A DNA stretch of 64,000 nucleotides from Candidatus Eiseniibacteriota bacterium (GTDB lineage Bacteria; Eisenbacteria; RBG-16-71-46), in assembly GCA_044223005.1 (NCBI GenBank), contig JBGAML010000007.1:128001-192000 (forward strand), written 5' to 3'. Position 1 is the stretch's first letter; the number at the start of each line of letters is the position of its first letter. This document shows, piece after piece, positions 1-11,082 of this stretch. The position numbers were made by a program, and so were the translations under genes. Below the pieces are notes generated by a model. That model was not told where the DNA came from. It saw only the letters and a program-made list of their open reading frames with translations, and did no database searches.

Positions 1-1075
<1,075 letters not shown>

Positions 1076-1076
<1 letters not shown>

Positions 1077-1786
1077 TGCCCGGCCCGCGCGTTCACGTGG
1101 ACCTCGTCCCGGCGAGTGCGCCGGGCGAGCCGCGCCCGCGCGGCGCGGAGGGCTGGACGGGCGTCGCGATCGACGTGCTGCGCGCCACCTCGACGCTCAC
1201 GCGCGCCAGGGCCAGCGGCGCGGGCGCGATCGTGCCCTGCGCGACGCCGGCCGAGGCGCTGGCGTACCGCGCCGCGCACCCGGGCACGCTGGCCTGCGGC
1301 GAGCGCGGCGGCCGCATCGTGGACGGCTTCGACCTGGGCAACTCGCCGTTCGAGTACGAGCGCGAACGGGTCGAGGGCCGCACCCTGGCCTTCGCGTCCA
1401 CGAACGGCTCCATGGCGATGCGCGCGCTGCGCGAGTGCCGCACGCGCAAGCTGGCGGCGTTCGTCAACGCGACCGCCGCGGTCCGCGCGCTGGCGGGAGA
1501 GGCCCGCGTCTGGATCGTCTGCGCCGGCAAGGAGGGCGCCTTCGCCCTCGAGGACGCCGCCTGCGCCGGGTGGCTCGTGCGCGCGCTGCTCGCCGCCGGA
1601 GGCGAACCCGCCAACGCCGCCGCCCGCCTCGCCGAAACCCTGGCCCCCAAGGACGCCGACGGAGTCCGAGCCACCGTCGAAGGCGCCGACCACGCGCGGT
1701 ACCTCGACAGCCTGGGCCCCGACTACGCCCGCGACGTCACCTGGTGCGCGACCCTGGACGCGTTGGACCACGTGTCCGACTTCTAG
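1076..1786 (+). CDS. 2-phosphosulfolactate phosphatase (ComB family)
   Basis: ATG overlaps the accC stop (TGATG); motifs IDVLRATST, CGERGG..VDGFDLGNSP, STNGS, CAGKEGAFALEDAACAG. Confidence 0.85.
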
Positions 1787-1848
1787 CGGTCTCGACCGGC
1801 ATCTGTTCGCCAGCGTCGTCGCTCGCTCCCCAGAACCCGGTCCCGAAA

Positions 1849-2024
1849 GTCGGCCCCGCCCCACCGGTGGCCGTCAGCCACTCGCGTTCCGCGGCCCGTT
1901 CGGTTCGGCATCCTGCCTCACCTCACTGCATCCAGGCGACGCTCCCGCCATCCCTGGCTCCGCGTCGCCTCGGACGCACCGCCGAACGAGAGTGGTGGTA
2001 TCCCGCCGGTGGGGCGGGGCCGAC
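1849..2024. repeat. long nested inverted-repeat / structured element between convergent genes
   Basis: Perfect 19-bp IR 1849-1867/2006-2024, 11/12 IR 1878-1889/1984-1995, perfect 9-bp IR 1934-1942/1962-1970. Confidence 0.7.
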
Positions 2025-2094
2025 GTTCGCTGTCGGGCTTTGGCGGCGGTGCGGCCAACGCGTGCGCGAAGGTCTTGGCTCGACGCTGCGGAGT

Positions 2095-3174
2095 TCAGCT
2101 CCGCTGCGCCTGGCGCATCATGATCAGGCCCATCGTGCCGAACAGCGCGTCGCCCATCCAGGCCGCCACGTAGGGCGGCAGCGCGCCGTTGTGGCCCAGC
2201 GCCTGGCCCGCGCGCATCACGCCGTAGTAGACGAACGAGATCGCCACCGAGAGCCCGAAGCCCAGCGCCGCGCTCTGCATGCGCAGGCGCGTCGCCATCG
2301 CGCCGCCGATCATCACGACCACGATGCAGATGACCGGGAACGCGAGCTTGAGGTGCAGGTCCACGAGGTAGTTCGCCACTCGGGCGCCGCTCGCGCGCAG
2401 GCGTTCCACGTAGCGGTGCAGCTCGAGGAAGTTCATCTCGTCGGGCTGCACGTCCTCCTTGGCGAAGTCCTGCGGGCGTTCGGCCAGGCCGCCCACCGCC
2501 ATGCGCTGGAACGGCTCCGCCTTCTCCTTGCCGCGCTCGAACGTGCGCAGGTAGCCCGACGTGAACACCCAGCGGCCGCCGTCCCACGTCGCCTCGGCGG
2601 CGTCGATCCGGCGCCAGAGCGCGCCCGAGCGGAATTCCTGCAGCGACACCTCGTGCATGCGCTTCTCGTTCACGAGGTAGAGCCGCGTGTACCAGATGCG
2701 GCCGCCCTCGCCGAGGTACGTGATGTCGGCGCGTTCGCTCTGGCCGATCGTGTTCATGTGCTGGATGCGCTCGTTGTAGATCGTGTCGCGGGTGCGCGTC
2801 GCGCTCGGCACCACGAGTTCGCCCAGCGCCAGCGAGGCCAGCGCGCAGAGCACCGCCACGCCGAAGACCGGCACCATGATCCGGATCAGCGAGATGCCGG
2901 CCGCGCGCATCGCGGTCAGCTCGCCGAACTTGTTGAGCTGGCCCAGCGCGAGGAACGTGGCCAGCAGCAGCGCCACCGGCAGCACCTTCACCACGATGTC
3001 CGGCGCGAGGTTGCCGTAGTACTCGAGGATCAGCGCCAGCGGCGCGCGGTGGTCGAGGAACACGTCGATCTTCTCGACGACGTCGACGACCACGAAAATG
3101 ACGATGAAGCCCACGAGCCCGAGCACCAGGTAGCCGGCGAACTCGCGCAGGAGATAGCGGTCGAGGATCCTCAC
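2095..3174 (-). CDS. lptG: LPS export ABC transporter permease LptG family
   Basis: GTG start; VRILDRYLLREF, GELTAMRAAGISL, KLAFP; 3+3 TM layout around a periplasmic domain; overlaps the stop of its paralogue. Confidence 0.85.
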   Translation of the reverse strand: MRILDRYLLREFAGYLVLGLVGFIVIFVVVDVVEKIDVFLDHRAPLALILEYYGNLAPDIVVKVLPVALLLATFLALGQLNKFGELTAMRAAGISLIRIMVPVFGVAVLCALASLALGELVVPSATRTRDTIYNERIQHMNTIGQSERADITYLGEGGRIWYTRLYLVNEKRMHEVSLQEFRSGALWRRIDAAEATWDGGRWVFTSGYLRTFERGKEKAEPFQRMAVGGLAERPQDFAKEDVQPDEMNFLELHRYVERLRASGARVANYLVDLHLKLAFPVICIVVVMIGGAMATRLRMQSAALGFGLSVAISFVYYGVMRAGQALGHNGALPPYVAAWMGDALFGTMGLIMMRQAQRS

Positions 3175-4580
3175 GCCGCGGCCTCCCGCGGGGTCGGGTC
3201 CGGGGTGCCGGTGCGCGGTACGCGCGGCTGGCGGCGGTGCCACGGCAGCACGATGTCGCAGGCGCGCGCGGTCAGGTCGAGGCCGAGCAGGCCCAGCACG
3301 AGGTTCGCGAGCCACATCGCGAACCATGCCGGCAGGATGAGCCGGTTGGCCAGCTCCTCGCCGACCACGAGGCACGCGTAGTAGAAGAGGAAGAACCCGA
3401 TCGACATGAACGCGACCGCCGGTCCGCCGCGCTTGACGCGCATGCCGATCGGGGCGCCGATCAGCACGAACACGATGCACGCTGCGGGCAGGGCGAACTT
3501 CTTGTGGATCTCGACCGAGAGGCTGGCCATGCGCTTGAGCAGCGCCCCGCGCTCCATCTTCCAGAGGTCGGCTTCGACGGCGAGATCGGGGTGCGCCTTC
3601 ACGATCGGCGCCAGCGCGTCGCCCTTGTTCGCCATCGCCGTCCACAGGATCGCGAGCCGCGTGCGCCACGGCGCGCGCTCGGGCGCCAGCGCCTGCACCT
3701 GCTTCGGCAGCAGCCCCGAGGCGCGGAAGCGCTGCAGGCGCTGCTGGTAGGAGCGCTCGTACTGCGCGGCCACCTCGGCGCGCTCGTCGAGCAGCATGCG
3801 CGCGCTCTTCTCGCGATCGCCGCGCGAGGAGCGCACCGACCGCTCGAGCATGCCGCCCGCGCCCTGGATGAAGATCGTGTGGCGCTTGAACGACAGCCGG
3901 TGGTAGCGGCGCGCGTCGCCGGCCTCGGCCTGGATCTCGTGGATCTCGCCGTCCTTGAGCTCGATCACCGCGGTGCGTCCGTCCGGCGTGTAGGTGAGGA
4001 ATCCCGAATGGGCGAGGATCGTGGTCGGCGGGCCACCGGCGTTCATCTGGTAGATGGTCACGCCGCGCATCTCGTTGGTGTGGCCGTTCACCGACTGCAC
4101 CAGCAGGTTGTACCCCGGCAGGTCGGTGATGAACACGCCCTCCTGGAGCTTCACCGTCGGGCGCATGCGGTGGATGTCCACCAGCAGGTTGGCGAACGCG
4201 TGGTTCGCCTCCGGGTAGACGTAGTTGTTGAAGAGCGTCAAGCCACCTGCGAGGAGGACCGAGACCAGCAGCGAAGGCAGGATGGCCCGGAACAGGTGCA
4301 CGCCACTCGCGCGCAGGGCCGTGATCTCGTTGTCCTGGGACAGCCGGCCGAAGGTCATGAGCTCGGCCACGAGCACGGCGCAGGGCACGGAGAGGGCCAC
4401 CACGAAGCCCAGGGACAGCACGAAGAGCTGCAGCACGGCTCCGACCGGGACGCCCCGGTTGATGACCAGGTCGAGGTACTCGAACAGGACGTCCATCTCG
4501 AAGATGAACGTGACCACCCCGAAACCGATCAGGAACGGAACCAAGTGCTGTCGCAGGATGTACCACGGCAGGATCTTCAC
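3171..4580 (-). CDS. lptF: LPS export ABC transporter permease LptF family
   Basis: GTG start VKILPWYILRQHL; TFGRLSQDNEITALRASG, EIHKKFALP..C..F.LIGAP.G. Confidence 0.85.
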   Translation of the reverse strand: MKILPWYILRQHLVPFLIGFGVVTFIFEMDVLFEYLDLVINRGVPVGAVLQLFVLSLGFVVALSVPCAVLVAELMTFGRLSQDNEITALRASGVHLFRAILPSLLVSVLLAGGLTLFNNYVYPEANHAFANLLVDIHRMRPTVKLQEGVFITDLPGYNLLVQSVNGHTNEMRGVTIYQMNAGGPPTTILAHSGFLTYTPDGRTAVIELKDGEIHEIQAEAGDARRYHRLSFKRHTIFIQGAGGMLERSVRSSRGDREKSARMLLDERAEVAAQYERSYQQRLQRFRASGLLPKQVQALAPERAPWRTRLAILWTAMANKGDALAPIVKAHPDLAVEADLWKMERGALLKRMASLSVEIHKKFALPAACIVFVLIGAPIGMRVKRGGPAVAFMSIGFFLFYYACLVVGEELANRLILPAWFAMWLANLVLGLLGLDLTARACDIVLPWHRRQPRVPRTGTPDPTPREAAA

Positions 4581-4636
4581 GGCGGGGCAGACTACCCCAT
4601 GACCGCCCCATGCCGCACCCGGCCCCGGCAAACACT

Positions 4637-4666
4637 TTGACCGGCCCGGAGCGGGCTTGATACGGT
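4637..4666 (+). promoter_or_regulatory. candidate sigma70 promoter for sprA
   Basis: TTGACC-18 nt-TACGGT with TGn extended -10, in the 133-bp divergent lptF/sprA gap. Confidence 0.35.
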
Positions 4667-4713
4667 CAGCGTTCCTGCTCGCGCTCCCCGGCCGGGCGCC
4701 CCGCTAGGCGAGA

Positions 4714-7700
4714 ATGACGACCCTGACGTTGCCCGCATTCGCGTTCCTGATGGCGATTTCCGGGATTCCGGGCGCGAAGGCGCTGCCCTGGTTCCGGGGG
4801 ATCGCGCATCACAAGCCGCGCCTGACGGCCGCAGATTCCCTGCCTCCGCAGTGGAAGACCGCGTCCCGCCTGGCGCTCGAGCACGATTTCGTGCGCGCGG
4901 GACTCCCGGGCACCGACTGGGACAGCCGGCTGCGGTTCAAGGTCAGCCCGTCGTACGACCCCCGCAAGTTCAAGACGAGCGTCGAGCCCGACTCGGGCTA
5001 CCTGCGGGGCACCGTCGAGGTGGGGGATCTCACCCTCGGCCGGCCCTACCGCGTCGGCCTGCAGGACTTCGGCAGCCGGACGATGCAGCGTTCGTTCGCT
5101 GATGCCTGGCGTGAGCGCTCGCGCAACAACCTGAACAACCTCGCCGGCCGTTCGTCCGGGCAGACCCAGCGCACCGGCCTCTCGCTGCCGATCCCGGTGC
5201 AGCTGCCGCCGGTGGTGACGAGCATCCTCGGGCCTGGTGGGCCGGCGCTCAATGTCTCGGGCTCGGAGAGCATCCGGCTCTCGGGCACGAGCAATTGGAG
5301 CAGCCAGCAGGTCGGCGTGCTCGGCCAGAGCCGCTCGCTGTTCCCATCGCTCGACATGCAGCAGGACCTCAACATTCAGCTCGAGGGCCAGCTCTCGGAC
5401 CGGGTGAAGGTGAACCTGCTGCAGAACTCGGCGAACCAGATCCCGCTCTCCAATCGCATCGCCATCAACTACAAGGGCGAGGAGGACGACCTCGTCCAGG
5501 CGCTCGACCTCGGCAACACGAGTCTCGCGCTGCCCGGCACGCAGTACGTCTCGTACAGCGGCCAGAACGAAGGCCTCTTCGGCGTCAAGCTCGCCACGCG
5601 CGTCGGGCCGCTCGACTGGACGGTGCTCGCGAGCAAGCAGGAGGGCCGCAGCGAGCGCGCGTCGTACTCCGGCGGCGCCTCGGTGCAGTCGCAGATGCTG
5701 GCGGACATGGAGTACGACAAGGGCCGCTACTTCCTGCTCTACGATCCGCAGTTCGGCCTCGTGGACATCTCGGACACCGACCTGCAGCTCTTCCGCGACG
5801 ACGCCAACTACAGCAACGACCAGAACACCGTCCCGGGCAAGGCCTACGTCGATCCGCTCGGCGTGATGGGCGTGCCGGTGCCGTCGGGCACGGACACGGC
5901 CGCGGTGCGCGGGCGCTTCGACCTGCTGCGCGCGCCCGACGACTACGAGATCCTGCAGAACTACTACCTGTTCGGCGACGGCTCGGGGAAGACGGTCAAG
6001 CTCAAGATCATCCGCATGAAGCAGCCGCTCACGGGCGAGATGGCGCTGGCGGCGATCTATCGCGGCACGATCTTCCCGACGGGCGGCACGATCGACATCG
6101 GCAGCGTGACCGGCGAGCGGCTCGGCCCCGCGGCCGGCGCGGATTCGAGCCGGCTGGTGATGAAGCTCCTGCGCGCGCCGCGCTCGCTGCTGCGCGCGCC
6201 CGCAGGCACCACCGACCTCAACACCGCGCTCTACGACACGACCGCGGCGTTCGACCTCACGCGCGAGCTGGAGATGAAGAACTTCTACCAGCTCTCCGGC
6301 TACCAGATCGATCCCAAGAGCTTCAAGCTCTCGATCCAGCGTACGACCGCGAGCCCGGCGCAGAACTACGCCCGGCTCGCCGACGCGACGCAGGTGAACT
6401 ACCTCGAAATGGCCGGCCTCGACGTGTGGGACGAGTCGCAGACGACCGCGACGCTCGGCCACGACGGCAAGGTGGACGGCCAGGGCTACGGCTCCGGCAT
6501 CGCGCCGGTGATCGACTACAACAACGGCGTGGTGTGGTTCCCCGACCCGCGGCCGTTCGCGCCGCGGCTCAGCGGTCCCTCGACGCACGCGTTCGACGTC
6601 AGCGTCGCGGGCAGCCTGCCCCGCCGGCTGCACTTCGTGGGTAGCCCGATCACGGCGAGCGGCGACCAGGGCGCCGCCTCGGACAGCGCGGCCAATCCGC
6701 TCATCTACGACAAGTACAACCCCGACCGCACACAGGACCCGCGCTACTACATCCTCGCGGAGTTCGCGGGCCAGCGCGGCGGCGGCGAGATCACGCTCGG
6801 CCGCGGCAACCTGCTGCAGGGCTCGGACGTGGTCACGGTCAACGGCGAGCGCTGGACGCGCGACCGCGACTACACCGTGGACTACGACCTCGGCCGCATC
6901 TCGCTCAAGCGCAACCTCGGGCCCACGGACCAGCTCAACATCGACTACTCGTACGCACCGCTCTTCGCGCAGGCCGGCAAGACGCTGCTCGGGTCGGCAT
7001 TCCAGCTCGAGGGGCGCGAGCGCGGGCTCGGCGGCGCCTTCCTCTACGAGAGCCGCGGCGCGCAGGACCTGCGTCCGCGCATCGGCGAGGAGCCCTCGCG
7101 CACGCTGATCACCGACCTCAACACGCACTACCAGCTGCGGCCCAACTTCCTCACGCGGCTCGCCGACCACCTGCCGGGCGTGCGCACGTCGACGCCGTCC
7201 GAGATCAACATCCAGGCCGAAGGCGGCATGTCGTTCCCGAACCCGAACACCAAGAACGAGGTCTACATCGAGGACGCCGAGGGTGTCCGCGACGCGATCT
7301 CGCTCACGTTCGGCGTCGACCGCTGGAAGCTCTCGAGCGTGCCGACCCTCGCCGACAGCACGACCCCGGGACGGCAGGCGCTCTTCACGCGTTCGCTGCT
7401 CGCCGACAGCCTGCACTCGCACAACGCCGAGGTGCACTGGTACGTGCCGACGAACGCGGTCAAGGAAGGCGATCTCAAGCCCACGCTGCAGGACAAGAAC
7501 CAGCTGCAGTCGCCGCACACCTCGCTGGCGCTCTCGGTGCCGCGGTTCCCCAAGTCCTACGCCGCGGGCGATTCGCTCTGGTTCGGGCTCACCTACACGC
7601 TCGACCAGCAGGGCCTCGACCTGTCGCGCTCGCAGTTCATCGAGGTCTGGGTCAACGATTTCAACGACCACCACGATCCCAGCCACCCGCAGCCGCTGGT

Positions 7701-10700
7701 GCGTGGCGCGCACGCGCGGCTGCACATCGACCTCGGCGTCGTCTCCGAGGACATGATGCGGGCGCCCAACCGGCTGCCCAACAGCCTGCTCGACACCGAG
7801 GACCAGGTGCGCGGCGGCCTGCGCGATCACGAACTCACCGTGTCCGGCAACATCGACGAGGACACGGGCTACGACGGGCTCAAGGACAAGGAAGAGCCCG
7901 GCTACCAGGCGTCGTCGTTCACGTGGGCCGATCTCTCGACCGCGCGCGACGTGGATCCGGAGGGCGACGACTACCGCGAGCCGGACCAGAAGTACCACGA
8001 CATCGACGCGCGCAAGTGGGCGGGCGGTGACGGCAGCGTCGACGGCACGGAAGGCAACAAGAAGATCTTCCCGTACACCGACACCGAAGACCTGAACCTC
8101 AACGACCACCTGGACACGAAGGAAGACTACTTCGAATACACGATCGACCTCGGCGACAGCGCGAGCAGCTACATGCTGACCGACGTCCAGAACGACCCGC
8201 GCTTCCGCGGGCTGCCGAACGTGACGGTGGACAACGGCTGGCGGCTCTACCGCATCCCGATCGCCGACGGGCAGCGCGTGCAGTTCGGGCAGCCCGACCT
8301 CACGATCGCGCGCCACGTTCGCGTGTGGGTGGACGGCCTCAAGGACCACGACGTCCAGACCGGCACCGAGTACCGGCCGACGCTCATGCTGGGCGGGCTC
8401 GACATCGTGGGCAACCGCTGGCAGCAGGCGGTGCTCACGCCGCGCCAGCGCGGCACGATCGGCACCACGATGACGCTGAACTCGATCAACTCCCAGGACA
8501 ACTCCGACAAGTACGTGACCCCGTTCGACCCGGGCAAGGCGCTGTCGGGCAACCAGGCATCGACGCGGCGCGAGCAGTCGCTGAGCCTCGAGTTCACGAA
8601 CCTCGCCGCGGGCGACACGCTCGAGGCCTACCGCACGTTCTCGGTGGACGAGGACTACACGCGCTACGGCGCGCTGAGCTGGTACGCGGCCGGGTTCGAG
8701 GTGCAGGGCTACGACGCGACCCGCGACTCGCTCGAGTACTTCGTCCGCTTCTCGTCGGACGAGCGCGGGGACGGCTACTACGAGGTCAAGCGCAAGCTGC
8801 CCAGGAACTCGGTCGCGCTGGACATCGGCTGGGAGAAGGTGAACGCGGCGCTGAACGAGATCTCGAACTTCAAGCTGCTGACGGACTACCCGAAGGTCGA
8901 CCCGATCCTCTACCGCGTGGCCTACGGCGACGCCGGCGACTCGATCATCATTCGCGGCCGGCCGTCGTTCACGCGTCTGCGGCGCATCTCGATCGGGCTC
9001 ATCAACGAGCACGCCGGGGGCGATTCGGTGGGCCGCATGTATCCGGCGGGGCAGCTGTGGTTCGACGAGCTGCGCGCCACGGACGTGAAGAAGGACGTCG
9101 GCATCGCCAACCGCGTCTCGGTCGGCGGTCACATCGCCAACCTCGCCAGCTTCAACGTGGCGTGGAACTCGCGCGACGCGGACTTCCTGAGCGTCGGCGA
9201 AACGCGCGGCTCGGGCAGCCGCACGACCAACCTCGCGGTCACGTCGTCGGTCGACACGCACCGCTTCTTCGAGGGCACGGGCATCCAGCTGCCCGTGAGC
9301 ATGGTCTACAGCAAGGGCGTCACGAAACCGCGCTTCACGGCGGGCGACGACGTCGTGCGCACCGGTGCGCAGCAGGAGGCGAGCCAGTCCAACAGCACGT
9401 CGCGCAGCATCTCGACGACGTATTCGCGCGTCTGGAGCGAACGCTCGAATCCGCTCCTGCGCTACACGATCGGCGGCGTGACCGCGAGCGGCAGCCGCAC
9501 GGTCGCCGACGCCATCGGGCCGACCGGCAAGAGCAGCAACACGAGTACGACCAAGGCCGTCAACTGGACGGTCGCGCCCCGGTCGCTGCTGGCGCTGCCG
9601 GTGGGCCTGAAGAAGCTGAAGTTCTATCCGCTGCCGGAGCGCGTGTCGGCCTCGTACCTGAGCACCGAGAGCCACAACTCGACCTACGTGCGCGACGTTT
9701 CGGACCCGACGGCCTTCCAGCTCAGCAGCGACGCCGGCGGCCGCATCGCGGGGCTGGACCTGAGCGCGGATTCGCGGCCGTTCGACTTCATCTCGCACCA
9801 CGTGGACGCGCATCGCGCGCTGACGCTGTCCAACGTGCCGCTGCAGCACCTCGGGTTCCTCAACTTCGGGCGCACGACGTCGTGGCGGCAGACGCTCGGC
9901 ACGCGCTACACGCTCCAGGCGCTGCCGTTCGTGCGGCCCTCGTTCAACTACGGCTCGGGCTACTCGACCAGCGCCGACCTGCAGTCGGCCAACCTGTCGG
10001 TGCACTCGATCGGCAACAACCGCAACATCCAGATGACGATGGACCTGCCCTTCGACCAGCTCACGCGTGGCATGGCCGCGGCGCGCCTGGCGGCGCCCGC
10101 GAAGCCGGACTCGGGCGCGGCCCCCGCGGCGCCGAAGCGGACGCCGCTGCCCTGGCGGCAGCTGCTGGCGCGGCTCGGCAGCATCCAGACGGACTATTCG
10201 CTCAACCGCACGTCGAGCTTCTCGCGCCTGGTCGGCAACCCGAACCCCGCGTACCTGATCGGCCTCAGCACGAACCCCGGCCTCGACGATCCGTCGCGCC
10301 TCTACGCGGCGGCGGGCAACACGTCGGCCGACGGCGTCGACTGGCGCGCGAACGCGCGCACGCGCATCCAGGTGCTCTACGGCAGCGGCGTGAACGCGCG
10401 CGCGAGCTTCGGCGACCGCACGCAGACGATGAACGGCGTCGCCACGCGCACGGCCGACACGCGCTTCCCGGACCTCGACTTCGACTTCGGCAAGCTCGCC
10501 GACGTGCTCAAGATCGGCAAGTTCCTGAACCAGCCGCAGCTGCGCACGGGGTGGACGCACCAGACCAGCACCGACTACCGCGGCAGCAGCACGAACAAGC
10601 AGGGCAGCTCGACGAGCAACGAGTTCCGGCCGCTGCTCTCGGTGCGCGGCGCGCTCAAGAACGGCACGCAGGCGGACCTGAGCGTCAACTACCGCGGCAC

Positions 10701-11082
10701 GCGCCGCGAGAGCTTCCAGTACGGCACGTCGTCGGCCACCACCGACAACAACTCCGACGTGAACTTCACCCTGTCGCGCTCGTACTCGCAGGGCCAGAAG
10801 GTGCAGTTCATGGGCAAGACGCGCACCGTGCGCAGCAGCGTCAGCATGCAGCTCACCACGGTCTACTCGCACCACACCGGCCAGACGACGCTGTCGAGCT
10901 CGACCGAAGCCAGCCGCCTGATCGACGAATCGCGCCTCTCGGTGACGGGCACGGGCAACTACGGCTTCAGCAGCACGGTGACCGGCAGCGCGGTGCTGGG
11001 CTTCAGCCAGAACAAGGACAACGCCAAGAGCATCACCAACCGGAGCGTGCGCGTGGAGCTGCGCTCGCAGTTCTCGTTCTGA
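4714..11082 (+). CDS. sprA: SprA/Sov-like large outer-membrane beta-barrel (type IX secretion translocon homologue)
   Basis: 2122 aa with an N-terminal hydrophobic signal-like segment; SprA-like blocks QQDLNIQLEGQLSDRVKVN, YKGEEDDLVQALDLGN.SL, GLFGVK, GSDVVTVNG....RDRDYTVDYDLGRI, DTEDLN, LWFDELR; amphipathic beta-strand C-terminus ending in Phe. Confidence 0.85.
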   Translation: MTTLTLPAFAFLMAISGIPGAKALPWFRGIAHHKPRLTAADSLPPQWKTASRLALEHDFVRAGLPGTDWDSRLRFKVSPSYDPRKFKTSVEPDSGYLRGTVEVGDLTLGRPYRVGLQDFGSRTMQRSFADAWRERSRNNLNNLAGRSSGQTQRTGLSLPIPVQLPPVVTSILGPGGPALNVSGSESIRLSGTSNWSSQQVGVLGQSRSLFPSLDMQQDLNIQLEGQLSDRVKVNLLQNSANQIPLSNRIAINYKGEEDDLVQALDLGNTSLALPGTQYVSYSGQNEGLFGVKLATRVGPLDWTVLASKQEGRSERASYSGGASVQSQMLADMEYDKGRYFLLYDPQFGLVDISDTDLQLFRDDANYSNDQNTVPGKAYVDPLGVMGVPVPSGTDTAAVRGRFDLLRAPDDYEILQNYYLFGDGSGKTVKLKIIRMKQPLTGEMALAAIYRGTIFPTGGTIDIGSVTGERLGPAAGADSSRLVMKLLRAPRSLLRAPAGTTDLNTALYDTTAAFDLTRELEMKNFYQLSGYQIDPKSFKLSIQRTTASPAQNYARLADATQVNYLEMAGLDVWDESQTTATLGHDGKVDGQGYGSGIAPVIDYNNGVVWFPDPRPFAPRLSGPSTHAFDVSVAGSLPRRLHFVGSPITASGDQGAASDSAANPLIYDKYNPDRTQDPRYYILAEFAGQRGGGEITLGRGNLLQGSDVVTVNGERWTRDRDYTVDYDLGRISLKRNLGPTDQLNIDYSYAPLFAQAGKTLLGSAFQLEGRERGLGGAFLYESRGAQDLRPRIGEEPSRTLITDLNTHYQLRPNFLTRLADHLPGVRTSTPSEINIQAEGGMSFPNPNTKNEVYIEDAEGVRDAISLTFGVDRWKLSSVPTLADSTTPGRQALFTRSLLADSLHSHNAEVHWYVPTNAVKEGDLKPTLQDKNQLQSPHTSLALSVPRFPKSYAAGDSLWFGLTYTLDQQGLDLSRSQFIEVWVNDFNDHHDPSHPQPLVRGAHARLHIDLGVVSEDMMRAPNRLPNSLLDTEDQVRGGLRDHELTVSGNIDEDTGYDGLKDKEEPGYQASSFTWADLSTARDVDPEGDDYREPDQKYHDIDARKWAGGDGSVDGTEGNKKIFPYTDTEDLNLNDHLDTKEDYFEYTIDLGDSASSYMLTDVQNDPRFRGLPNVTVDNGWRLYRIPIADGQRVQFGQPDLTIARHVRVWVDGLKDHDVQTGTEYRPTLMLGGLDIVGNRWQQAVLTPRQRGTIGTTMTLNSINSQDNSDKYVTPFDPGKALSGNQASTRREQSLSLEFTNLAAGDTLEAYRTFSVDEDYTRYGALSWYAAGFEVQGYDATRDSLEYFVRFSSDERGDGYYEVKRKLPRNSVALDIGWEKVNAALNEISNFKLLTDYPKVDPILYRVAYGDAGDSIIIRGRPSFTRLRRISIGLINEHAGGDSVGRMYPAGQLWFDELRATDVKKDVGIANRVSVGGHIANLASFNVAWNSRDADFLSVGETRGSGSRTTNLAVTSSVDTHRFFEGTGIQLPVSMVYSKGVTKPRFTAGDDVVRTGAQQEASQSNSTSRSISTTYSRVWSERSNPLLRYTIGGVTASGSRTVADAIGPTGKSSNTSTTKAVNWTVAPRSLLALPVGLKKLKFYPLPERVSASYLSTESHNSTYVRDVSDPTAFQLSSDAGGRIAGLDLSADSRPFDFISHHVDAHRALTLSNVPLQHLGFLNFGRTTSWRQTLGTRYTLQALPFVRPSFNYGSGYSTSADLQSANLSVHSIGNNRNIQMTMDLPFDQLTRGMAAARLAAPAKPDSGAAPAAPKRTPLPWRQLLARLGSIQTDYSLNRTSSFSRLVGNPNPAYLIGLSTNPGLDDPSRLYAAAGNTSADGVDWRANARTRIQVLYGSGVNARASFGDRTQTMNGVATRTADTRFPDLDFDFGKLADVLKIGKFLNQPQLRTGWTHQTSTDYRGSSTNKQGSSTSNEFRPLLSVRGALKNGTQADLSVNYRGTRRESFQYGTSSATTDNNSDVNFTLSRSYSQGQKVQFMGKTRTVRSSVSMQLTTVYSHHTGQTTLSSSTEASRLIDESRLSVTGTGNYGFSSTVTGSAVLGFSQNKDNAKSITNRSVRVELRSQFSF

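Noticed and set aside
8325..11081. Apparent long N-terminal extensions/fusions in the ORF track (M28, comB, lptG, GT2, GT4s)
   Set aside because: The extensions overlap upstream genes in another frame; real starts sit at stop/start overlaps, so these are not fusions or frameshifts
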